Below, piece by piece: positions 15,832-29,180 of a stretch of DNA of 64,000 nt. Location: positions 52,576,001-52,640,000 of the forward strand of contig OX597817.1 in the NCBI GenBank assembly GCA_951406725.2, in the 5' to 3' direction. The position numbers and the translations under genes were made by a program. Each line of letters starts with the position of its first letter. The stretch's first letter is position 1. This stretch comes from Octopus vulgaris. Taxonomy: Eukaryota. The notes under the pieces were generated by a model. That model saw only the letters and a program-made list of their open reading frames with translations. It had not been told where the DNA came from and did no database searches.

Positions 15832-16692
15832 ATATATATATATATTTATAATAATGAAATGAAATTATTGCATACAGTGTTCAGGTGCACCACAGGTGTG
15901 TCTATATCCATAGACACACAAACACACAAATTGTGTGTGTATACATATATATACACATACATAAACACACATAAATGATGATATCTTTGTGACTTGGTAT
16001 ATATGTATATTTATGTGTGTCTGAATATATATTTGAGACAGTGAATAATTATATAGAGACAGCATATTTATGTATACGTAAAAATGTTAGTGTAATTAAT
16101 AATAATTGGATGCAGGCATGACCAAATTGTTGAGAAATTTCTTTCACAATAAGAATGTCTAAGGTTTAATTCCACTGCCAGGCATTTTACTAAGTCTTTA
16201 GAATTTTACTAGAGGCTTAGTTCAACCCAAATTTGTATGAATGAAATTGGGTTGAGACAAAAGTCCATTGGATAAAGTGTACCAGTAATTCAAGGGTCCA
16301 GTTTTATAACAGTACCATTATTAAAATTTATGGTTTCTGCATTGGCGCAAGATCACAACTTTTTTTGTGTGTGTGAAGCAATATCACTCACTTGTGATCT
16401 TGCTTGCTGAGGCTGGGATCATCAGAGGTTAGTGGTCCCAGAGGCACCATCATGCATAGAGTTGACCAGGTCAATCAGTGCCCCCACCCCTGAATCCTCC
16501 AAAATGACTCAGATCTTCTCCATTGGTGCAAAAGCGATATAGTTTACTTAAATCAGAGACTCACAGAACCAGTCATAGGTTTAGAAGTTGGCTGCACAAA
16601 CCTTTTAGTGGGTTACGGTGACATTTGCACATTTAGTAAAGTTATATAGATATTGATAAAATAACAACTGTCAACCACCCTACCTACGTCCT

Positions 16693-17175
16693 CATCATCA
16701 TCGTTTAACATCCGCTTTCCATGCTAGCATGGGTTGGACAGTTTGACTGAGGGCTGGTGAACCAGATGGCTGCACAAGGCTCCAGTCTTGATCTGGCAGA
16801 GTTTCTACAGCTGGATGCCCTTCCTAACACCAACCACTCCGAGAGTGTAGTAGGTGCTTTTATGTGCCACCGGCATAGGGGCCAGTCAGGTGGTACTGGC
16901 AACAACCTCGCTCGAATCTTTTTACACATGCCACCGGCACAGGTGCCAGTAAGGTGATGCTGGTAATGATCACGCTTGAATAGTGCCTTTTACATGCCAC
17001 CGGCACGGAAGCCAGTTAGCCGCTCTGGCAACGATCACACTCAGATGGTGCTCTCAGCACCCTACTAGCATGGGGCACAAGTGCCAGTAAGGCGACACTG
17101 GTAACGATCACACTCGAATGGTGCCTTTTATATGTCACTGGCATGGAAGCCGGTTAGCCGCTCTGTCAATGATCA
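16693..17175 (-). mobile_element. SINE/retroposon family 'C' with (GAT)n tail and internal tandem subrepeats (copies ~6362, 33840, 35455, 36988, 52825+, 56560, 59465+)
   Basis: Shared TTAGGAAGGGCATCCAGCTGTAGAAACTCTGCC core and repeated GCTTTTACGTGCCACCGGCAC-type units. Confidence 0.85.
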
Positions 17176-17261
17176 ATAATTTTTCACATAACCACAAAGC
17201 CACAGATTAAGAGGGGTGGGGGGATTAATCAATCCAAAGACATGACAGGTACATTATCAAG

Positions 17262-17569
17262 AACAAAATGAATGAATGGTTTCAGTGGGATTTGAACTCG
17301 GAATGTAAAGATCTGAAAGAAACTTTATGAGACATATTTTTCCCAGTGCTTTAACAATATAGTCTGATGTTGTTCAATAGATTATGTCACCCACCTATTA
17401 ATTTTAATTACAATAACAAAATGAATGAATGGTTTCAGTGGGATTTGAACTCGGAATGTAAAGATCTGAAAGAAACTTTATGAGACATATTTTTCCCAGT
17501 GCTTTAACAATATAGTCTGATGTTGTTCAATAGATTATGTCACCCACCTATTAATTTTAATTACAATAA
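17262..17569. repeat. Local tandem duplication, 153-bp unit x2
   Basis: AACAAAATGAATGAATGG...TTAATTACAAT repeated head to tail; the copies appear identical. Confidence 0.95.
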
Positions 17570-19117
17570 TTTGGTACCACACAACTGGTTATGTCATTCC
17601 TCACTTTTAATATTATCAATAATTATCACAATAATCATCCAAAATAACCCACCCATGACACAATTATCACCTGATACTAAAATGCATAACACAGTTCACA
17701 AATACCATAATCACCACCTAACATTTATGTTCATGATGCAACTCACAAAACATGCTCAAACCAAGGGTGAATACAACCCTTGGGGGGGGGGGGTCCACAT
17801 AAGATTGTGTTAAAATTGCTTATACTTCTAAAATCCACAAAATATATTTAACATTTGTCATTTATCTTTTACTTATTTCAGTCATTTGATTGTGGCCATG
17901 CTGGGGCACCGCCATGACATTTTGGTTGAATGTATTGACCCTAGTACTTAATTTTTTTCAAAGCCTGGTATTTATTGTATTGATCACTTTTGCCAAACTG
18001 TTAAGTCACAGGAATGTAAACACACCGGCACTGGTTGAGGGTGTGTGGACTAACACACACATGCAAACACATACATACATACATACATACATGATGGGCT
18101 TCTTCCAGTTTCTTATTTCTTTATTGCCCACAAGGGGCTAAACATAGAGGGGACAAACAAGGACACACAAACGGATTAAGTCGATTACATCGACCCCAGC
18201 GTGTAACTGGTACTTAATTTATTGACCCTGAAAGGATGAAAGGCAAAGTCAACCTCGGCAGAATTTGAACTCAGAACGTAACAGCAGACGAAATACTGCT
18301 AAGCATTTTGCCTGGCATGCTAACGTTTCTGCCAGCTTTCCACCTTCATTCTTTTTTTTTTTGTTTTTAAGAGATAGCTGCTATATCAAGTATTTTTTCT
18401 GAAAATTCTTCTTTCAGTTTCTGTCAATCAAATCCACTCCCAAGGCTTTGGTTAGCTGGAGGCTATACTAGAAGACACTTGCCCAAAGAGTTGTGCAGTG
18501 GGACTGGAAATAAGTTTTTGTTTTTCAAACATCAAATGGCTGTCAGCATCCATCCAAAGAAAATGGGAATCAAAGGAGCCCAGGGGCAAAAATGGCTGAA
18601 AACCACTGCCCTACACAATCACCCCCTAACACAACATCACACAGCGCAACCAACTCAATCCCCATCAGCAGCAGTATTAACCATTTTTGTTTTTACCTCT
18701 GGACCCCTTTCTTTGCTATTTTACTCTACTGGACCCTCATTGCCATTCAAAGTTTAAAAAAAATGTTCCTATTATATTCTAATACTTATAATATTGAGAA
18801 TTGCACAAAAAGCTTTAAAAATTATGTGCATTATAGAAGAATAACCAGTTTATTGCACATAAATTTTAGCAACAAAATCTTATGTGGACCCCTCAAGGGC
18901 CATGTAGACCCTGAATAAAAACCACTCCTCTATACAGTCATCATACAACATTAAGCATGGAAAACAACTCCAGTGCCATGTTCTACACAAAACAGCACTA
19001 AAATAACACCAGAAGCAACAACATTAATCTCACAACAAAACAAAATGGACAATGTGCAAACATATCTACACCCTAAAAAGAATGCTGCACACATAAGCAG
19101 TATTTTGGTGCACTTGA

Positions 19118-19156
<39 letters not shown>

Positions 19157-19157
<1 letters not shown>

Positions 19158-19876
19158 GGACAGGTTGAAGAAAGGAACACTAAAAAAGATACTGAGAGCA
19201 CTATACTGGCAGTGCAAGACCAAACTTTGGCCACAAAGTGGAGGGTCAACCTTTGAAATGAGAAAGTATCTTTGCTAATCCACATCTCCAATAGAGAGGA
19301 TGAAACCATTGCCTGTATCACAAATGAATGCCCTAGGCTTGCCCCAAACCACTACAAGTTGTGGCGACATGATCAGGTAGCAAAAGTGCAACACTGGAAA
19401 CTGTGTGAAAAGTGGGGGCTGGAGAGAGGCAATATGTGGTATGAGCACAATCCACAGAGAGTGGAGGAGTTGGAGACTAGCAAAATCCTCTGGGATTTCC
19501 CAATCCAAACAGACGAGGTGTTAAAGCATAACAGACTGGACCTAGTTGTAGTCAAGAAGATGCACCACATGTGCTATATGGTTGATGTTGCATGCCTCTT
19601 TGACCCACGAATAGTCAAGAAGGTGAAAAAAATAAATACAACCCTCTTAAGTATGAAATAGCCTGGTTAGGGAAAATGAAGAAGGTGAAGATAGTGTCAA
19701 TTATTGTTGGGTCCTTGGGAGCAGTATCAGAAGGCATCAAGGGAAATATAACCAGAATAACCAGGAAAGTATTAGATAGATGGAAAGAACGAACAGCATG
19801 GAATGTAGGCTGCAGGTAGTAAGCCTGCTACACATGTAAGGCTCTAGGAGCTCCAACAAAACCTGTGATAAAAAGA
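19157..19876 (+). mobile_element. Dong/R4-clade non-LTR retrotransposon 3' fragment inserted in (TAA)n
   Basis: ETIACITNEC...YKLWRHDQVAK..HWKLCEK...WYEH.P...KILWDFPIQTD...NRLDLVVV...VDVAC is the zinc-knuckle/restriction-like endonuclease region. (TAA)n lies on both sides. Confidence 0.85.
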
Positions 19877-20119
19877 AATAATAATAATAATAATAATGAT
19901 AATAATAATAATAATTTTTTCTTTTGTTTCTACATACAACCGTACTGGGATCCAAATAACGATCTGGAGTTATACTGGGATCTGGGAACATGCTTGCTCT
20001 TCGAACCACAAGCCCTGGCTTTTTCTTTGGTTGGTACCCAAATGTGGGTATCTTCAGAGATAATGGCTTTGAATAATATAGATTAAATGCAGACATGATT
20101 GTAGATATGTATGTATGTA

Positions 20120-20159
<40 letters not shown>

Positions 20160-21308
20160 AATGTATGTAATGTGTATGTTTGTATCTTGGGTATATATAT
20201 GTATCTCAGTAGCACACTAGAGCAAGTATTTTACATTTTTTTTGGGTCTCAGAATTAATCAATTATCCATTCAGCATCACATTAAAATAATAATAATTAT
20301 TATTATATTAATTCAAAGGTAAATTCCAATGAAAAGTAGTGGAGGAGAGAAAGAAAGAGCTCCAAAGAGAGAGGTAGACTCTTGCATGGTGTTTGATCCA
20401 TCAAGGTGTGAAGACAGCAGTGTGAAAAGTTGTAAAGTCAACATGAGGTGAGGTACAATTAATTAGTTACTAATGAACAGATCATTAGATTACAGCATGT
20501 AGAGAAAGTTGGCAGCCGTAATAGTTGTTATAATGATGATGATGATAATAGTGGTGATGGTTGTGGTGAAAGTGAGAGTAGACATATAACAGTGGTAGCA
20601 ACAATGATTGATCATACAGGTGGTGGTGGTAGAGAATGTGGGAGTGGAGTCAGTGATAGTATTGTAAATGAATGGTACTATGATGAGGGTGGTGGTGATG
20701 ATGATATTGATGATGGTGATTACGATGGTAGTGATGGTTGTGTGGGGAAGGTGGAGACAGAAATGATGGTGGTGGTGGTGGTAGTAGTACTTGTGAAAAT
20801 ATCAATGATGTAGGATTATAAGAATTCAGAGCAAGAGTGACATCATCTGAGTCAAATAAGTCTTGTGTGTGTGTGTTATGGAACAAACAATCGCCCTTGT
20901 TTGTAAATACTCGACAACAGTTAATCTACAGTAGTAGTGGTAGTGGCAATTAATCTGTGCTTAATAGTTAATAAATATACTGAAAGATGAAGTGCATATG
21001 TTTGTGTAAAAATGGGAGTGTTAGTGTGTGTGTTTGCACACAGCATTACACAACAACTCATCTGTATTATTCAGACACACACACACATAGCAACACACAC
21101 TGAATTATATACTATGATATAAAGACTCCCAGATACACACACACACACAAGTTACTAAAAACATGCTAATACTTTAGCAAAAATCTGTGTGGTCGATTGT
21201 TTAATTAAACTCAGTCACTTATTGACCAAATATCACCAAACACTACATTCAGTACACACCTGAATGCGTGTAAGATGTCTGCACCTAAATTAGAAAGCAT
21301 GTGACATA

Positions 21309-21815
21309 TCTATATATATAAAACTGTAGTTGTGTGAGTGTCTGTCCCCTTCGATTTAGATTCCTAACTACTCACACATTTTGCGGTGCAGTTTAACCAA
21401 ATTCGGGTATCTTATAGTCGTGATTCATATCGAGCCCGTCTGAGTATTAGCGCGCGTCTACGATGAGTCTACAATTTTAAAAATAATTTAACATTTTTTA
21501 TTCCATTTTAATGCATAATTTTTTGTGTGCTGATGGCGGCGGAGTTGGCGTCCATGGTCACACCTGCACCTGTTTGCTTCTCCCCCTTCTTCCCTCCCTC
21601 GTGAAGCTGTGGGGAAGGGAGTGTAAGGAAATCAACGTCGTAAAGCGTTATCAAGGAGAACAGCGTTCTTTTAGAACAACGACTCCATGGCTTGAAGGCA
21701 CCAAAACAGAAATGGCTAAGAAAGCCTGAATTGGCATCTATAAGGGAAGTAACTCTAAAAATGCTTATATAGTTATTTCCCTTACAAACCCGAGCAACGC
21801 CGGGCGATACTGCTA

Positions 21816-21816
<1 letters not shown>
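21309..21816 (+). mobile_element. Non-autonomous Helitron
   Basis: A|TCTATATATATAAAA 5' end; 3' hairpin CCCGAGCAACGCCGGG followed by CTAG|T. Confidence 0.8.
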
Positions 21817-21860
<44 letters not shown>

Positions 21861-23119
21861 AATAATTATTTGAGGGAATATTATTCCTAACTTACAGGGA
21901 AAAATTCCATTTAGAAATACTAAATCAAATTTCACAAAATATAATATATATATATATATAAAGATTAGAAAAAAAACCACCTTTTATCAATTCAAAATGA
22001 ACAATTAAATTACACCATCTAAAAAATTACATATAATAGAAATATATATATATGTATATATGTATATGATGGTTGTGTAGGGAAGGTGGAAACAGAAATG
22101 ATGATGGTGGTGGTGATGGTACTTGTGAAAATATCAATGATGTAGGATTACAAGAATTCAGAGCAAAAGCAACATCATCTGAGTCAAATAACTTATATTC
22201 CTCGTCCACCTCACAACGGACTTAACGAACTGTGAACCCAACTAGAATGTAAGACACTTGAATCTTTGATCTTCTCTTTACCGATGTAACCCATGACCAT
22301 TTGCTCTTCTCTCTACCTCTAACTTCTTCGTTCTGACGATGTCTACCATTGGCAACGAGACAAAAATATAAATATATATTTTCCTCACCATGTTAAAACA
22401 AACGATCGTAAACAACTTCACTCTCACTCTCGCCTTTATTTACTAATTAAATAATGGCTTACTAGTGCAAAAGACACTTCTGTTTGTTATTTGTCCTCCA
22501 TTTTCTTGTCTATATAAGTCAGTAAATGGTGGGGTTGTGTTAACCGCACGTGGAGAAATGATAGGAGAGGAAAAATTATAATAAGGCAGAATGCTAAATT
22601 GAAAGTAAATTTTGATAAAAGTGGGTGTATATATTTATTTATTCTAAGCTTGTTCATTTCTTGATTGACTTTAAAAAAAAAAAAACAATGAACACCACAA
22701 CAATCACTCACTCACACTTGCATTCACTCACTGTCACACATACAGGTAACCAACTGACAGCGTTGTTTGAACATTGGATAGATTGTTTTGCAGTTATCCT
22801 CCTGAACACTGAGGTCTGAGTTCAAATTAAGCTAAGGGTAACCTTGCTTTCTTCTCTTCATCATCAATAAACAAAGAAGCAGACACTTATTCTTTCTTTC
22901 TTTCACTTTCCACCTGACTTGTCTTCAAGAAGAAATCAGCTATGTTCCTGCCAAGTCTAAAAGACGCAGATGCAGTAATGCTCTGACCAAAAACATTCTG
23001 ATCATAAATTTGAAGAATATTTGGTCACAATGTCCAGCAGGTTGAAAGACAACATGGAACCCTATCACCAATGTTATGGCCTGAAGTACTTGGTGGTGGT
23101 GGTATTTAAACCAGTTTTA

Positions 23120-23345
23120 AGGTGGCGAGCTGGCAGAAATGTTAGCACATCGGGCGAAATGCGTAGCTGTATTTCGTTTGCCGTTACGTTCTGAGTTCAA
23201 ATTCCGCCGAGGTCAACTTTGCCTTTCAGCCTTTTGGGGTCGATAAATTAAGTACCAGTTACACACTGGGGTTGATATAATTGACTTAATCCATTTGTCT
23301 GACCTTGTTTGTCTAGCCCCTTGTGGGTAGTAAAGAAATAGGTAT
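23120..23345 (+). mobile_element. SINE family 'A' (other copies ~18112-, 24700-, 25008+, 26843-, 28672+, 32384+, 42830-, 60705-)
   Basis: GGCGAGCTGGCAGAA... head, GAGTTCAAATTCC B box, GCCTTTCA(T/G)CCTTT.GGGGTCGATAAATTAAGTACCAG core; many copies. Confidence 0.85.
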
Positions 23346-23504
23346 TTAAACCCAGTTCAGCCCTATTTAAGTATGTACATCAAAGACAACTGGCCAATAC
23401 CTTGTGAGTGAGGCTATATGCAGCTGGGTAGCAGTCAGTATGAACTGTCTTCTCAGTATACTACCACTACTATTACTACCACCACTACTACTACTACTAC
23501 CACC

Positions 23505-23536
<32 letters not shown>

Positions 23537-23934
23537 CACTAATCTGCTGCCACCACCACTGGTATTATTGCCATGACCATTACTTACAGCTTCAGAACAA
23601 CCACCACTAGTACTACAACCTACACATTACAACACACAGCACAGCACACATAGTAATCTTGCTGACAACCAGATCAACTCCTTCCCTTCTTATAATAATA
23701 AGAACAACAACAACCATGGCAGCCACATTAAACAGATTAACAGTTGCCAAAAATCAATATTTACGAATATAATGAAGGATTAGGTTTCGCTGAGGCATTA
23801 ACAAATTGGTGTACAAACTATAATTCAATTCACAGCAGGATATTGTGTGTCTGTGTGTGCATGCATGTGTGTGGTGTTACCATGATGGATAACATGAACT
23901 AGAGAACACTACATACACACACACATACATACAA

Positions 23935-24532
23935 CAGGGCCATCGCTAAGCCCTGCAACCCCTGTGGTCACAGAGAGCCTCTGCGGTTGAGGGGCCCCAT
24001 GTTAAGATCAGTGAACATAGAGGAGTCATCTATTTACTTTGGTTAAGATTTTGAACAAGAATTAAACTATGTGAACTGAAAATTTCAAGAAATAAAATGG
24101 TAATACATTGTACCTGCAAAAGTTCTTGTAAAAATATTACATTGAACCATGAACGTGTACCAGACTTTGTGGATTGTCTATGATATCTATTGAACACGAA
24201 CTTGGCTCTCAGCTTGATTATTCTGAACTGATCGATAATTTCACAAAGCGAAAAGTGCACCGTGTTTGTCTTTGAAAGCTGCCTGAATTATAAAAGTGCT
24301 CTTTTATTCATATCTGGAAGTTTTACTTATTGAAATTTGTAATAGACCTAAAGAAATTTAACTTGTATTTTTAGAGATGTTCTTTAGAATAATGCGAAAT
24401 ATTGAACTTCAGATAGAATTAAGTAAAACATAGCTATGAATAAATGGTGTGTAGATTATGAATTTTGATTGAAGGAATAGGGCCTCGAAACAAAAAGTTG
24501 CAGGGGTCCTCTAAAAGTCATGCAACAGAGCT
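23935..24532 (+). mobile_element. Internally deleted hAT element with transposase C-terminal remnant
   Basis: CAGGGCC 5' terminus; 24158-24263 translates TRLCGLSMISIEHELGSQLDYSELIDNFTKRKVHR, like the hAT dimerisation-domain C-terminus. Confidence 0.7.
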
Positions 24533-24640
24533 GTATATAAATATATATGGAAGAGGGAAACCCAGGAAGACACGGGACAAAGTACTGAAGGCTGGTCTTG
24601 AGACACTGCACCTTGTGAAAGAAATGACAAAGGACTGAGA

Positions 24641-25264
24641 TCTATGGCACTTTGCTGTACTCAAGAAGACATTCACCACAGCAGAATTCTTTTCTACCCT
24701 AGGCACAAGGCCTGAAATATGGGGGGAGGGGGCCAGTTGATTAGATCGACCCCAGTACACAACTGGTACTTAATTTATCGACCCAGAAAGGATGAAAGGC
24801 AAAGTTGACCTTGGTGGAATTTGAACTCAGAACGTAAAGACAGACGAAATACCGCCAAGCATTTCGCCCGGTGTGCTAACGTTTCTGTCAGCTCGCTGTC
24901 CTATACATATGTATATAGAGAAAGAGAGAGACACACACACAGACACATGCGTGCACACATTATGTGTGTGTGTCTCTCTCTCTTTCTCTATATACGTATG
25001 TATAGGACAGCGAGCTGACAGAAACGTTAGCACACCGGGCGAAATGCTTGGCGGTATTTCGTCTGTCTTTACGTTCTGAGTTCAAATTCCACCGAGGTCA
25101 ACTTTGCCTTTCATCCTTTCGGGGTCGATAAATTAAGTACCAGTTGTGTACTGGGGTCGATCTAATCGACTGGCCCCTCCCCCCATATTTCAGGCCTTGT
25201 GCCTAGAGTAGAAAAGAATTCTGCTGTGGTGAATGTCTTCTTGAGTACAGCAAAGTGCCACAGA
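24641..25264. repeat. ~300-bp-arm inverted duplication (fold-back) containing a SINE A copy
   Basis: 24641-24940 is a near-perfect reverse complement of 24964-25264; loop ~23 nt. Confidence 0.95.
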
Positions 25265-25368
25265 CACATGCGTGCACACATTATGTGTGTGTGTATGTGT
25301 ATGAAAATGAGGAGTGAACAAAGCTGCTGGATTCTGAGATGCAAAGGACTGTATGCAAACGATCTGTA

Positions 25369-26552
25369 TGAGGTGGTATCAACAGGTTCCAGGACTAGAT
25401 ATGCTTAATGAAAAATAACTTATTTACCAAAGTTTTACCATCATCTCCTTCAAAATAGTCACCTTGCACAGCCATACACCGGTTCCAGCATTCCTGCGAC
25501 TTTTAGAATCTAGTTAGGAAGTTGTTTTCTCAAAGTGTGTTGAAGACCTTCTGCGATTCACTCTGGATCTTGACAATGGTTTCAAAACGGTGGCCTTTGA
25601 GCTGCGTTTTCATCTTGGAGAAAGAGGTGGAAGTCTGCAGGTGCTAAATCTGGTGAATAGGACAGGTGTGGAAGTGTCACCATGCTTTTGGTGAGAAACT
25701 GAGAAGTGAGGAGAGCTTGGTGAAGAATCCAATTATTCGCACTCCACAAATTTGGTTGCTTTCACCAAATGTCCTCCCTCAAACACTTCGAAACATTGCT
25801 GTAGAACTCTTGATTGACAGTCTGGCCCTGGGGGACAAATTCTCAATGCACAATACTACATTTCTGGGGGTGACACTTGTGGCAGGTCTTCCAGATCACT
25901 CATTCTTTCAGAGATGCTCTTCCGCTTTTGAAGCACCTGTGCCACTCAAGATATTGCATACAACCCATTGTCTTGTTGCCGTAATCTTGCCAAAGAAAGC
26001 TCAGTGTTACTGCAGCAGACTTCCCAAGTTTGTGGAGGCACATAGCCTAGTGGTTAGAGCAGCGGACTCGCAGTTGAGGGATTGCGGGTTCGAATCTCAG
26101 ACCGGGCGATGTGTGTTTATGAGCGAAACACCTAAGCTCCATGCAGCTCCGGCAGAAGATAACGGCAAACTTCTGCTGACTCTTTCACCACAACTTTCTC
26201 TCACTCTTTCCTCCTGCATCTTGCAGCTCACCTGCAATGGACTGGCGTTGCGTCCAGGTGGGTAACTATACTCCAAAGAAATCAGGAAAACCGGCCCTTA
26301 TGAACCAGGCAGGGCTTGACAAGGAACAAACAACAAAAACTTCTTAAGTTTAATGCAAAATTTCATGTTGGTTCTATGTTCCTGTCCATGACAAAATTGC
26401 AGACTACAGCATATATCATCATCATCATCATCATGTGATCATGAAAACCCAAATTTCTCAAATTGCAAAGTAAACACAGTGATGTCACTCGACACACTGC
26501 CTCATGAAGGTCATTGCTAGAATTAATCCAGGAACTTTTTGATACCACCTTG
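25369..26552 (-). mobile_element. Decayed mariner element with TIRs and TA TSD, interrupted by a SINE
   Basis: TA|TGAGGTGGTATCAACAGGTTCC ... GGAACTTTTTGATACCACCTTG|TA. Minus strand reads LPHLSYSPDLAPADFHLF (~25620-25675) and ...WNRCMAVQGDYFEGD. Confidence 0.9.
26033..26338 (+). mobile_element. tRNA-derived SINE family 'D' nested in the mariner (second copy 60056-60358)
   Basis: TAGCCTAGTGGTTAGAGC A box, GGTTCGAATCTC B box, (AAAC)n tail; degenerate TSD ACTTCCCAAGTTT / ACTTCTTAAGTTT. Confidence 0.85.
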
Positions 26553-26559
26553 TAGCGAT

Positions 26560-27130
26560 AATTTCAGGAAAGAATTCAGAAAGAATCAAAATGTTGTGGG
26601 AGAGGAATGTGTACAGATGGATGGATAATGGTAGACTTGTACTGAATGATTTTGGGAAGGAAGAGACATGGAAATGTTTCTATGAAAGACTATTTAGTAT
26701 GGAGAATGCATAGGAGAAAGAGAACCTCCCAAATGTAAATCCAGTGAAGGGACCAGCAATTTTAGTTGATGGCAATTAGAGACATGAAGAGAGGAAAAGC
26801 CCCTGGTCCATCAGACATTATGATAAAAATGCTTATAATATATTTCTTTACTACCCACAAGGGGCTAAACACAGAGAGGACAAACAAGGACAGACAAACG
26901 GATTAAGTCAATTACATCGATCCCAGTGTGTAACTGGTACTTAATTTATTGACCCAGAAAGGACGAAAGGCAAAGTTGACCTCGGCGGAATTTGAACTCA
27001 GAACATAACGGCAGACGAAATACGGCTACGCACTTCACCTGGTGTGCTAACGATTCTGCCAGCTTGCTGCCTTCAAAAATGCTTATGATACCTAGCAAAG
27101 TGGAGTCTGGCCTTGTCACCCACATGAGTG
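26560..27130 (+). mobile_element. RTE-type LINE fragment split by a SINE A copy (26843-27073)
   Basis: WKCFYERL...NLPNVNPVKGP...MKRGKAPGPS precedes the SINE; AAAAATGCTTAT is duplicated on both sides of the SINE. Confidence 0.6.
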
Positions 27131-27226
27131 AATTAGGTTGTATAGAACGTAGAACGGTACATCCAACAACTGTTATAGCAACATTATAGACAGCTGTTAC
27201 AACACATGGCACACAAGCTCCCAAAA

Positions 27227-27269
<43 letters not shown>

Positions 27270-27423
27270 TTGACAAGTATTTGGTGGTGCAATAAAAACA
27301 TGCACTTGGAAACAATAATTGCTTTTAAAATAAGTTGAAGGCTAGAAATTTGGCGAAGAAGAATAATTGATGACATTTATCTCAACCCTTGACTAACACT
27401 CTCCAATTAGAGAGCACAGTGAG

Positions 27424-28060
27424 ATGAGAGAGAGAGAGAGAGAGAGAGAGTCCAGAAAAAGAGTAAGAATGCATCATGAGGGGGAGAGAAAAAAAATTCC
27501 TCATAACAGAAAGTATGTTGTGTAAGAGTGACAGGAAAGAGTGTGTGTGTGTGACAGAAGACAGAGGAGAAAAAAGTAGAGTTAAAAAGTAAGTGGAGGG
27601 TACATTAGATAACGGGGGGGGGGAGGTATATACCCTTAAAAATGAGGATAAACATGACTAGAAAGTTTAAGGCTACACAATAGCCACCATCACCTCAAAT
27701 TAAACTTACTATTATTGAGAGAGAGAGTTCAGAAAAAGAGTGAGAATGCATCATGAGGGGGAGAGAGAGAATGCCTCATAACAGAGAGAAAGTAAGTTGT
27801 GTGAGAGTGTGACAGGAAAGAGTGTGTGGTGTGAGAGAGACTATGTGGTGAGAGGAAGACTATGGTGTGAGAAAAGAGAGAGAGAGAAAGAGCATGTGTG
27901 TGTGTGTGTATGTGACAGAAGACAGAGGAGAGAAAAGTAGAGTTAAAAAGAAGTGGAGGGTACATTTGATAATGCATATACCCCACTAAAAATGAGGATA
28001 AACCTGACTAGAGAGTCAAAGGCTACACAATAACAGCCATCACCTCACACTAAACACTAA
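27424..28060. repeat. Diverged local tandem duplication (~300-bp unit)
   Basis: CAGAAAAAGAGT..GAATGCATCATGAGGGGGAGAG...AAAATGAGGATAAAC...GGCTACACAATA...CCATCACCTCA occurs twice. Confidence 0.85.
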
Positions 28061-28844
28061 GAGAGCAGCATTTGACAAATTAAAAACAGCAACAACAGTA
28101 TTTGGGTCAAATAGGTGTGGTACCCACTTACTATGCCACACATACACAACATACCTGGGATGGATGATCAGGTGAAAGAGGTGTGAGTGTGAGTATTTCA
28201 GGAATGGCATTTAAAAGGTAAGTAGAGTAGAGGGTAGGGAGTGACTAAAACTAGTTGTAACTGGAGTAGATAGGTAGGTAAAAGGTGGTTGATTGAGGTC
28301 AAACAGGGTGGAAAAGGGGTAGGGATGAATTTTAATGGCATCTCAGTGAATATTAACAGGTTTCTTGCATTTGTTTCCAGTGTGTGCACGTGTGTGTGTG
28401 TGTGTGTGCAGACATAGGTCTGGATATGTGAGAAGGCATGCTACCTATGTGTCGGATGTGCATGCATTCTCATCTTACATTGAAAACACATTAAACATCT
28501 TGATGAAAAACATCATTGCCAAAACAAACAAGCCGCGAAACATTTTTGGACTGGATTTGAAACACTGATTTTCCATTATTGGATTCATCTGATTTGATTG
28601 ATGTACAAATATAATTATTATCATTGTTATTAGTATTACTACTACTACCTCTGCCTTCAGTAAGGCGATACGTCCTGAGTTCAAATTCCACCGAGGTCGA
28701 CTTTGCCTTTCATCCTTTTGGGGTCGATAAATTAAGTACCAGTTACGCACTGGGGTTGATATAATTGACTTAATCCATTTGTCTGTCCTTGTTTGTCCTC
28801 TCTGTGTGTAGCCCCTTGTGGGCAATAAAGAAATAGGTATTATT

Positions 28845-29180
28845 TTCACTTGAGTTTGTTTGTTTGTCCACAGACAAAATATCTCCAGAACCGCTGGATG
28901 GATTTGGATGAAACTTTCAGGAATGTTTGGCCTCATGACTGGCACAAATTGATTAGATTTTGAGATCAAACCCAATACCAGACAAGGATTCTGGATTATT
29001 TTTCAGGATTTTTTACTTAATTTTTGGGAACGGTCGGGTTCATTTTCAGTATTCTTGTTTGTGAGAGCGGTCGAGTTTATTTAAGATATTCTCATTTTAA
29101 AAACCCTCTCAAGCTAATCATTGAGAGGACATTGGTGTTACCTTAGCAGAGGTTTCCACTCTCTGAGTGCTCCTGTTATT
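28845..29180 (+). mobile_element. Helentron/DINE-1-like non-autonomous element
   Basis: (GTTT)n, ATATCTC..AACCGCTGGATGGATTTGGATGAAACTTT core, and 3' CCTTAGCAGAGG...CACTCTCTGAGTG stem-loop, typical of this class as recalled. Confidence 0.6.

Noticed and set aside
26033-26105. tRNA-like sequence (also ~60060, ~38388, ~5212)
   Set aside because: SINE heads that continue into SINE bodies; not standalone tRNA genes.
25666-26265. 199-aa plus-strand ORF
   Set aside because: Antisense of a mariner remnant reading into a SINE.
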